Shown: piece by piece, positions 52,469 through 60,274 of the stretch
Numbering within the stretch: position 1 is the stretch's first letter
How the letters are laid out: every line of letters starts with the position of its first letter
Source: an uncultured Bacilli bacterium
GTDB lineage: Bacteria > Bacillota_I > Bacilli_A > RF39 > UBA660
DNA length: 64,000 bases
NCBI GenBank assembly: GCA_947581765.1
Contig: CANPVU010000002.1
Location: 123-64,122, forward strand
Reading direction: 5' to 3'
Notes under the pieces: model-generated
What the model saw: only the letters and a program-made list of their open reading frames with translations
What the model was told of the DNA's origin: nothing
The model's database searches: none
Translations under genes and position numbers: made by a program

Positions 52469-52906
52469 CTATTTTACTAATTCAACTTTTATTGTAGCAA
52501 TAACTTTTTTATGTAATTCTATATCTACATTATGAAATCCTAAAGAAGATAATGAATCTGTTATCTTAATTTGTTTTTTATCAATATCATATTTTTTATT
52601 TTTTAATTCTGTTTCAATTTGTTTAGCACTTATACTTCCAAATACTTTATCTTGTGCTCCTGTTTTAACTTTAAATTGAATTTTTTCTTTTTCCAATTTA
52701 TCTTTTATTTTATTGCAGTCTTTAATTAATTTTTCCTCATTCTTCTTTTTCTCTTCATTTTCCTTATTTAATCTATCTACTCCTGTAGAAGTAGCTAATA
52801 CTGCATCCTTATTTTTAATTAAGAAATTTCCATATCCATCTGCTACTGTTAATATATCTCCCTTTTTACCATGCTTTTTAACGTCCTTTAATAATATTAT
52901 TTTCAT
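52469..52906 (-). CDS. rplI: 50S ribosomal protein L9
   Basis: Begins MKIILLKDVKKHGKKGDI. Confidence 0.95.
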   Translation of the reverse strand: MKIILLKDVKKHGKKGDILTVADGYGNFLIKNKDAVLATSTGVDRLNKENEEKKKNEEKLIKDCNKIKDKLEKEKIQFKVKTGAQDKVFGSISAKQIETELKNKKYDIDKKQIKITDSLSSLGFHNVDIELHKKVIATIKVELVK

Positions 52907-53001
52907 ATTTAATACACGTCCTCTCTCACATAAATATATTATACTATAAATTTTAAATATTTTCTTATAAAAAAATAAAAGATGCTAAATTGCATCTTAC
53001 A

Positions 53002-53964
53002 TTAATCTAAATATATTTTTAATTTCTTTTCAAGTGCTTTCATAGTAGTATTATCAACTTGACATGCAGCATTTGTTAAATGCCCTCCACCACCAAATTC
53101 TTCCATAATACTACACACATCTACATTTCCTAAGCTTCTAGCACTTATACCTACTGTTTTCTTTTCTAATTGTCCTATTGTAAAACTTGCTTCTACACCT
53201 TCTAGTCCTAATAATGAATCAGATATTTCTGCTAATTCTGATTGCATACATACACTAAGAGGTAATAAGCATATAGCGTATCTTTTCTTATATACATAGC
53301 TACTTTTTATAAAATCTGCTTTTCTTAAAAATTCTCTTTTTGTTTCTTTTAAAAGATTTAATTTAAGTATACTATCAGCACCCTCACTAACTAAATAAGC
53401 TGCTGCTTCAAATGCTTTTTCTGTTATCTTAATATTAAATCCATTAGTATCAATTTCTATTCCTGTAAGCATAATAGTAGATACTATTGGACTCAAATCA
53501 ACTTTTAAATATTTACTATAAAATGATACCAATTCTGTTATTGAAGATAAAGATGAATCTATATAAAATAATTCAGTATTTTTTATATAGTTTGGTCTTT
53601 TTATATGATGATCTAATACAATTATATTCTTTATATCATTTAATATTTCAGGATATTCTAATCTCTCTTGTAAATGTGTATCTAAAATAATAAGTAAGGT
53701 ATTATCACTTATTATATTTTTATAATTAGATTTATCTATGTAATTAAAATTAGGAACTAACGTTATTGATTGCTTAAGAGTAGTATCAAGTTCTTCATTT
53801 TTTATATCAATAAATATATAATTTTCTTTATGCATTGAGTTTAATATAGAACTAAAACCTAAACATGATCCAAACGAATCTAAATCAGGTTGAGTATGAC
53901 CCATTAGTATTATTTTTTCATATTTTTTTATCAGTATTGTTAATTTTTCAAATAAACTTTCCAT
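53002..53964 (-). CDS. DHH/DHHA1 phosphoesterase (NrnA/GdpP catalytic-domain type)
   Basis: Contains GHTQPDLDSFGS, LDHH and GGGGH. At 320 aa it has no TM, PAS or GGDEF region. Confidence 0.85.
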   Translation of the reverse strand: MESLFEKLTILIKKYEKIILMGHTQPDLDSFGSCLGFSSILNSMHKENYIFIDIKNEELDTTLKQSITLVPNFNYIDKSNYKNIISDNTLLIILDTHLQERLEYPEILNDIKNIIVLDHHIKRPNYIKNTELFYIDSSLSSITELVSFYSKYLKVDLSPIVSTIMLTGIEIDTNGFNIKITEKAFEAAAYLVSEGADSILKLNLLKETKREFLRKADFIKSSYVYKKRYAICLLPLSVCMQSELAEISDSLLGLEGVEASFTIGQLEKKTVGISARSLGNVDVCSIMEEFGGGGHLTNAACQVDNTTMKALEKKLKIYLD

Positions 53965-54050
53965 ATTACCTCCATTTCATAAACATTATACTATAAATAT
54001 TTTTAAAAAAGTACAAATATAAAATTTAATTTATAAATTAGACATACTAA

Positions 54051-54088
54051 TTGTAAAAAAAAAAATTAAGTCATTAATTAACTTAATT
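54051..54088 (-). terminator. Terminator after the alarmone synthetase gene
   Basis: Stem AATTAAGT/ACTTAATT, followed by a T-run of at least 11 on the minus strand. Confidence 0.7.
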
Positions 54089-54716
54089 ATTTTTTACCTT
54101 TAGAAAGAGCAAGTGATACCACATTATCTGTTGAATTACATACAGTAGCAAATGTTTCTAATTGTCCTTTTAACATTTCAGCAATCATAAGATCCTCTGG
54201 TTTATATCCAATTTTATGTTCCAATGATGCCCATGCATCCATAGCTGAAGTTCTAATTTGTATTTCTGTAGGTATTTGATATGAACCAGTTGTAAAATTA
54301 ACATCTATAAGATTTCTAATGTGCAAACTTTGATATCCACTTTTTTTGGGTTCTGCTATATAGTCTTTTACCTTAACAACTTTAAAGTTTTTATTATTAA
54401 GTATTAAATTTTTTATACACTCAACATCTCTTAAAGTTAAACAAACTATTCTTGCACCTACTATATCATGTACGTGTTCTTCTATATTTTCCATAGTAAA
54501 TTCAACATTACATTTTTCAAGTTTTCCTGCAATACTATCTATAGTCTTTATTCTATACTTTTCATTTTGTATCTCATTATATCCTTCTTGCCTTATTAAT
54601 TGTCCGTACTCAATATTAACTATACTTATTTGTGCTTTCAATATATTCAATGCTGCTTCATATATATATAAATTATTTAAAAAAGAATCTCTTTCACTTT
54701 TTGTTAATTTTGCCAT
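54087..54716 (-). CDS. Small alarmone synthetase (RelA/SpoT-homolog synthetase-only, RelP/RelQ-like)
   Basis: Contains DIVGARIVCL, DYIAEPKKSGYQSLH and EIQIRTSAMDAWASLEHKIGYK. AAAGGGGAG lies upstream of the ATG at 54716. Confidence 0.9.
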   Translation of the reverse strand: MAKLTKSERDSFLNNLYIYEAALNILKAQISIVNIEYGQLIRQEGYNEIQNEKYRIKTIDSIAGKLEKCNVEFTMENIEEHVHDIVGARIVCLTLRDVECIKNLILNNKNFKVVKVKDYIAEPKKSGYQSLHIRNLIDVNFTTGSYQIPTEIQIRTSAMDAWASLEHKIGYKPEDLMIAEMLKGQLETFATVCNSTDNVVSLALSKGKK

Positions 54717-54788
54717 TATTATCTCCCCTTTTCGAGCTAATAGTATATCAAAAAAGAATAATAAAATCAAATTAAAAAAACAGAAAAA

Positions 54789-54935
54789 TTATTCGTTATT
54801 TTCTGTTTCTTCATCCTCTTCTTTTGTATTTTTTTCTTTATTAAATTCTTCGTCTATAGCACTAAAATCTATAAATATTGAACCATCTTTAGATGTATAT
54901 GTATTTTCTAACTCTTTATCTATTTTTATTGCCAT
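54789..54935 (-). CDS. 48-aa acidic micro-protein; not in the ORF track
   Basis: Hand translation gives MAIKIDKELENTYTSKDGSIFIDFSAIDEEFNKEKNTKEEDEETENNE. GGAGGAAG lies immediately upstream of the ATG. It starts 10 nt after the upstream gene's stop. Confidence 0.5.
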   Translation of the reverse strand: MAIKIDKELENTYTSKDGSIFIDFSAIDEEFNKEKNTKEEDEETENNE

Positions 54936-54945
54936 ACTTCCTCCA

Positions 54946-56133
54946 CTATTTATTTCTTGAATATTTTTTTATTAATTCTTGTTTTGATAATCTATATGTT
55001 TCTTCAAATTGATGATTACTTTGAAAAAGTGATTTATAATAATTTTCATCTACTGTTAATCCTCTTTCTTCAGTAAAGAACATATATCTTGCATATATTA
55101 AATCTAAACTCATCATTAATTTTTTTGTATCAAATAGTACAATAAAATCAAGACCCTTACTTCTTAAATAATCTATTTTTTCTTTTAATCCACTAAATTC
55201 ATATCCATATATTGTTGGAAAGTTTAATGTCATTTGAATTATTTCATCATCTGTATACCCTAAACTCTTTAATCCATTAATATGATTTAATAATCGTTGT
55301 TTTGAATAACTATATATTGTTGGACAACCTAATGTTAATTTAATAGACTCCTCATTAGTATATCCTAACGATAATAAATCATTAAATTTATTTTTCATAG
55401 CAGATTTTTTCTTACAAAAAACTGCTGGATATGCCAAAGAAAATTTTTTTGACTGTTGTAATGTGTATCCTAGATTAACTAAATTTTGTAACTTACTATT
55501 TATTAAATTAATTGAATATGTAAACAATGATGGATTTCTTTTTTCCATTTTTATTACATTATCATAAGTAAATCCTAATTTTATTAAATCTTCTATTTTA
55601 GTATTTATATAATCTATATCATAATGTAATAACGATGGTTCAGAAGAATATATCTTTCTTACATCATTTTCTTCATAACCTAAATTTAGAAAATCTATCA
55701 TATTACTTTCAATCGTTTCTGTTGAATAACCAAATAAATTAGGACATCTTACTAACATATGTAATATTTCCTTATGCTTAAAACCAAGTATTATATAATC
55801 CTTAACTTTATTGTTAATATTGTCAATGCCATAAGTAAGTACTCTAGGAAATTTACTAATTATTTTTTTTACATCTTCAATGGATAAACCTAAAGAAATT
55901 AAATTATTTATTTTATAACTTGTAGTATCATCTTTACTAGTTATAATTTGAGGACAATTTTTAAACATTTTTATTATTTCTTGATGCGGATAACCAAGTT
56001 CTTGGAAATAATTATATGAATCTATAAATTTCATTTTTAAAGTATTATTTTTTGATTTATCAAATCTATGCGTGCTCATAAATTCATTAATTTCTTGATC
56101 ATTAAATTGAAAATTCTTTAAAAGTTCTCTCAC
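54946..56133 (-). CDS. Helical-repeat protein with about 9 tandem ~35-aa mTERF-like motifs
   Basis: Repeats follow the pattern x-I-x-x-L-x-x-LG[YFL]-x(4)-[IV]-x-K-x(3)-x-x-P-x-[ILV]-[FLY]. Examples: INNLISLGLSIEDVKKIISKFPRVLTYG and IEDLIKLGFTYDNVIKMEKRNPSLFTYS. Confidence 0.7.
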   Translation of the reverse strand: MRELLKNFQFNDQEINEFMSTHRFDKSKNNTLKMKFIDSYNYFQELGYPHQEIIKMFKNCPQIITSKDDTTSYKINNLISLGLSIEDVKKIISKFPRVLTYGIDNINNKVKDYIILGFKHKEILHMLVRCPNLFGYSTETIESNMIDFLNLGYEENDVRKIYSSEPSLLHYDIDYINTKIEDLIKLGFTYDNVIKMEKRNPSLFTYSINLINSKLQNLVNLGYTLQQSKKFSLAYPAVFCKKKSAMKNKFNDLLSLGYTNEESIKLTLGCPTIYSYSKQRLLNHINGLKSLGYTDDEIIQMTLNFPTIYGYEFSGLKEKIDYLRSKGLDFIVLFDTKKLMMSLDLIYARYMFFTEERGLTVDENYYKSLFQSNHQFEETYRLSKQELIKKYSRNK

Positions 56134-56177
56134 AGTTAATCACCAAGTACCTATTATATGATATGTATTATTATAAA

Positions 56178-57092
56178 TCAAATTTGCTTTTCTTTTATTT
56201 TACTAGCTAAAGCTTTTATTCTATTAAATCTATGATAAAGTCCTGATTTAGTAAGTGTTTCATTCGTTTCCATGCTTATAATTTCACTTAATTCTAGAAG
56301 AGAACTTTCAGGATATTTTAATCTATACATTGCTGCAACCTTATCTTTATCACTTAATAAATCGAGTCCTCCTGCTTCTTTTATAATATTGATATCATTT
56401 ACTTGATTAGTTGCGGTCGCTATTACTTTATCAACATTTGCTTGTTCACAGTTATTAAGTCTATTTGTCATATTTTTATGATCTCTATATATTCTAATAT
56501 CTTCAAAATAAAATAGTGCGTTAATAGCATTCATCATTCTAAGAAAATCTCCTATTTTTTCTGCTTCTTTAACATATATCATATATTTGTTATCTCTTTT
56601 TAACACTTTACTATTTAAATAATATTCATTTAACAAATCCTTAATAAAATTTGCATAATCAAAATTATCAACAAAAAACTCTAAATGATACCTAGATTTT
56701 TTAGGATCATTTACACTACCACATGATATAAAAAGTCCTCTAAGATATGCTCTTTTTGTTATATCATCATCTATTATAAAATTTTTAGGAATATTTGTAT
56801 CTAAACTTAAATCTTTTTTTATATCATCAATTTTTTTTGTCAATTCTATTACATATATATAATTTTTTGTATAATTATATCCATTACGTACACTAATTTT
56901 TGAAGATATATTATATAAATCTTTAATAGAACTAAATACATATCTAGCCACTGATGCATTTTCTGTAGTAATACTTATTGTTTTATCAATATTAGCACTA
57001 TTTTTTAATATCGCAGATAATTCAGCAATCATCTCTAATCTTTCATGGTTAAGTTTACTTACTTCATTTTTTACTTCACTTGTAAAAGACAT
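56178..57092 (-). CDS. whiA: DNA-binding protein WhiA
   Basis: Begins MSFTSEVKNEV; contains a degenerate LAGLIDADG-type domain (AYLRGLFISCGSV) and a C-terminal HTH. Follows yvcK. Confidence 0.92.
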   Translation of the reverse strand: MSFTSEVKNEVSKLNHERLEMIAELSAILKNSANIDKTISITTENASVARYVFSSIKDLYNISSKISVRNGYNYTKNYIYVIELTKKIDDIKKDLSLDTNIPKNFIIDDDITKRAYLRGLFISCGSVNDPKKSRYHLEFFVDNFDYANFIKDLLNEYYLNSKVLKRDNKYMIYVKEAEKIGDFLRMMNAINALFYFEDIRIYRDHKNMTNRLNNCEQANVDKVIATATNQVNDINIIKEAGGLDLLSDKDKVAAMYRLKYPESSLLELSEIISMETNETLTKSGLYHRFNRIKALASKIKEKQI

Positions 57093-57093
57093 A

Positions 57094-58044
57094 TTAACTC
57101 TCTAATAAATATGAAAAAATACGTAAACTTAACTTTATAACATCATGTCTTATTAAATTATTTGTTATAGTGAAAAAATTGTCATCTATAATTTTACAAT
57201 TTAATTTAGATAATTCATCTTTATCAAAGATGACTGGGTCTTTTTGTTCTAAAGATTCATATTTAAGTGCTATTGAATCTGTTATATTTCCTGAATTTGC
57301 TATTACAATATCTATTTTATGTTTACCTAAATATTCGTTAAGTAATTTAACATGATCAGATACTTTAAAATTATCTGTTTCTCCTGGTTGTGTCATCATA
57401 TTACATGCATACATTATTTTAGCTTTACTATTATCTAGTGCATCTATTATATCTTTACATATTAAATTAGGTATAATACTAGTAAATAAACTTCCCATAC
57501 TTAATATTACTAAATCTGCATCTTTAATAGCTTCTATTGCTTCTTTTGTAGGTGTTGCTTCTTCCTTATAGAATACTTTTTTTATTTTCTTCTTACTTTT
57601 AGTTATATTATGTTCACCTTCTACAATAGTACCATCTTCCATTTTTCCCATTAAGACAACATTATCTTCAGTAAGAGGTACTACTTTTCCCTTTAAATTT
57701 AAAACTTTACTAAGAGCTTCTATACCATCTGATAAGTTACCAGTTATCTCTGCCATAGCTGTTAGAAGTATATTTCCAACTGTATGCCCATCTAAATCAC
57801 TAGTAGTATTAAATCTATAGTTGAAAAGTTCCATTACAAGTGGTTCTGTTTCTGATAGAGAAACTAATACTCTTCTTATATCTCCCACTGCAGGAATATT
57901 AAATTCTTCTCTTAAAATTCCAGTGCTACTACCATCATCGCAAACTGATATTATAGCTGTTAAATCTATAGGAAATTGTTTTAATCCTCTAAGTAGAGTA
58001 GATGCACCTGTTCCACCACCAAGAACTACAACTTTTTTATTCAT
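57094..58044 (-). CDS. yvcK: YvcK/CofD-like gluconeogenesis factor (UPF0052)
   Basis: Contains VVVLGGGTGAST and PAVGDIRRVL. Confidence 0.9.
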   Translation of the reverse strand: MNKKVVVLGGGTGASTLLRGLKQFPIDLTAIISVCDDGSSTGILREEFNIPAVGDIRRVLVSLSETEPLVMELFNYRFNTTSDLDGHTVGNILLTAMAEITGNLSDGIEALSKVLNLKGKVVPLTEDNVVLMGKMEDGTIVEGEHNITKSKKKIKKVFYKEEATPTKEAIEAIKDADLVILSMGSLFTSIIPNLICKDIIDALDNSKAKIMYACNMMTQPGETDNFKVSDHVKLLNEYLGKHKIDIVIANSGNITDSIALKYESLEQKDPVIFDKDELSKLNCKIIDDNFFTITNNLIRHDVIKLSLRIFSYLLES

Positions 58045-58045
58045 G

Positions 58046-58867
58046 TTATTTCCTTCTTTCTTTTTTATTCTTTGATTTAATAGGTTCAAAATAAGGAACT
58101 TTCTTTATCATTGATAAAACGATAAATAATATTCCAATCAAAAACATAATAACTGATACTAATTGCGCAATTCTAATTGGTCCTAACATTAAACTATCCT
58201 GCCTTAATCCTTCAACAATAAATCTTTCTATTCCATATATTATGAAATATATTCCAACTAAAGTACCAACTTTTAATCTTTTATATAATTTTTGAAGTAA
58301 AAAAATAATTATAAAACATATAAAACAAGTAATTGATTCATATAAAAAAGTAGGATGATGATATACTCCATTTATTTTCATACCATCTATTATAAAACTA
58401 GGTAAATGGATACTTTTTAGAAAATCTAGACTTACTATTGGTCCATAAGCTTCCTGATTAAAAAAATTTCCCCATCTACCTATTGCCTGACCTAATACTA
58501 GTGATGGAACAACTATATCCATAAATCTAAATATATTAACCTTATGCTTTTTAGTATAAAAATAAGTAAATATTATTCCTGCAATTACTCCGCCATGAAT
58601 AGCTAAACCACCATTCCAAACCTGAAATATTTCTAATAAATTTTCTTGATAATAACTCCATTCAAATATAACATAATATATTCTAGCACCTACAATAACT
58701 ATAGGAATAAGATAAAAGAAATAATCATAAAAAAAACTAGGTAATATCTCTGGATGTCTTTTTAATTCTATTTTTGCAAGAAAAAATCCTACTATGAATG
58801 CTAAAAGAATACATAACGAATACCAATAAACTGAAAATGAGCCTATTGAAAAAGCAATTGGGTTCAT
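58046..58867 (-). CDS. lgt: Prolipoprotein diacylglyceryl transferase
   Basis: Contains YWYSLCILLAF, GGLAIHGGVIAG and GRWGNFFNQEAYG. Confidence 0.94.
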   Translation of the reverse strand: MNPIAFSIGSFSVYWYSLCILLAFIVGFFLAKIELKRHPEILPSFFYDYFFYLIPIVIVGARIYYVIFEWSYYQENLLEIFQVWNGGLAIHGGVIAGIIFTYFYTKKHKVNIFRFMDIVVPSLVLGQAIGRWGNFFNQEAYGPIVSLDFLKSIHLPSFIIDGMKINGVYHHPTFLYESITCFICFIIIFLLQKLYKRLKVGTLVGIYFIIYGIERFIVEGLRQDSLMLGPIRIAQLVSVIMFLIGILFIVLSMIKKVPYFEPIKSKNKKERRK

Positions 58868-59298
58868 TTTTTCTTACCTCCTTTTATTAGTCCATCAATA
58901 ATACAATTATCCATTATAGCATTCATAATAGAAATAACGATTGATACTACAATTAACCATAACAATCCATTTATCTCAAGGTGTGAGCCTAATATCCAAT
59001 CAGATAATTTTAATATAAAAGCATTAATTAATGGATAGAATAATCCGAGAGTCATTGCTGTTATTGGAATAGTTAACCAAGTTAATACTGGTTTAATAGT
59101 TCTATTTAAAATAAATATTATACATACAGCAATAAAGCCATATATAAAACTAGATATGTATACTATATCTTTAAACAATATTGATACAGTAATAAGTACT
59201 AATGTATATCCTACTAAATGAATAAATATGTCTAATCCCTTACTAATACTTTGTCTTTTATTCCATTTTTTTAAGTCCACATTCTCTTTATTTTTCAT
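58864..59298 (-). CDS. DUF360/YvlD-type (holin-4-like) small membrane protein
   Basis: Four TM segments, with LNRTIKPVLTWLTIPITAMTLGLF. The context is housekeeping. Confidence 0.7.
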   Translation of the reverse strand: MKNKENVDLKKWNKRQSISKGLDIFIHLVGYTLVLITVSILFKDIVYISSFIYGFIAVCIIFILNRTIKPVLTWLTIPITAMTLGLFYPLINAFILKLSDWILGSHLEINGLLWLIVVSIVISIMNAIMDNCIIDGLIKGGKKK

Positions 59299-59363
59299 AT
59301 TTTTCTCCTTCGTTAATTATAGCACTATTATATGTTTTATTCAAATAAAATAGTTAGCATTAG

Positions 59364-59921
59364 CTAACTATTCTTCTTTTTTCTTATTAATAAAGTTAGT
59401 AGTAATAGTACTATAATGACTATTCCAATCAATAATAGAACATTAAAATTATTTGAGTTAGATGTTTTAATATCATTACTATTTTTATCTTGTACCTCAG
59501 ATTTTAAATTTGATGTATCCATATTAGAGTTAGTTTCTAAATTATTTAAACAATTTTTTTCTTCAATAAAACTCTTAGTTTCTTCAGTAAGTTGTGGATT
59601 AAAAGTAATTGAAGTAATATCATATCCCTTTTGTTCAAATGTAGTTTTATATTGTTCTTTAAATTCCTTATAGTTTAAATCTTTATTCAAAGTTGAAAAA
59701 TCCTTTGTCTTTGTAATTACTGATTGTATATATTGTCTAGCCATCAAGTGTACATCATCAAATATTTGTGATTCCAAATCATCATTCCAAGTTAATTTAG
59801 GATTAGTTATTTTAATAGTTACCTTTCCATTACAAATTAAAGCTAATGTAAAAGATCCACAACTTTTATCAAAAAAATACATAGGACTTTGAAGTCCCCA
59901 ATTTATAGTATATTCATTCAT
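59364..59921 (-). CDS. Hypothetical tail-anchored membrane protein
   Basis: 185 aa with a single C-terminal TM segment (VLLLIGIVIIVLLLLTLLI) followed by RKKKNS. GGAGGT lies upstream. Confidence 0.6.
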   Translation of the reverse strand: MNEYTINWGLQSPMYFFDKSCGSFTLALICNGKVTIKITNPKLTWNDDLESQIFDDVHLMARQYIQSVITKTKDFSTLNKDLNYKEFKEQYKTTFEQKGYDITSITFNPQLTEETKSFIEEKNCLNNLETNSNMDTSNLKSEVQDKNSNDIKTSNSNNFNVLLLIGIVIIVLLLLTLLIRKKKNS

Positions 59922-59941
59922 ATAAATACCTCCCACTTTGT

Positions 59942-60268
59942 TTAATATTCATCACATTGCTTACTATATTGAATAGCTAAATCAATTATTTTATTAAGTA
60001 AAGACATGTTATTTCCTATATAATTAACATAATCTAGGCCTACTACTGATTCAAAATCTACTATTGCTTTATTAATACATTCCACTTTTATTTCAAATAA
60101 TTCTAAATAATTTAAAACAATATCATCTATAAAGTAGAAATTTTTATCTTTTAATAATCTATATATTTTGTCAAAGTTTTCTTGATTTAGTGAGTTTAAA
60201 TATTTTTCTTCATAATTGCTATAAAGTAAATCTAAATACGTAGAATTCAAATAGTTTTCTAAAAACAT
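59942..60268 (-). CDS. Hypothetical small helical protein
   Basis: 108 aa, spaced 6 nt from both neighbouring genes. Confidence 0.55.
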   Translation of the reverse strand: MFLENYLNSTYLDLLYSNYEEKYLNSLNQENFDKIYRLLKDKNFYFIDDIVLNYLELFEIKVECINKAIVDFESVVGLDYVNYIGNNMSLLNKIIDLAIQYSKQCDEY

Positions 60269-60274
60269 ATTAAT

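Noticed and set aside
58864-59298. A 'phage holin family 4'-type membrane protein, considered as a hint of a prophage.
   Set aside because: The gene overlaps lgt by 4 nt in a housekeeping operon and no phage genes are nearby. This matches the chromosomal YvlD/DUF360 type.
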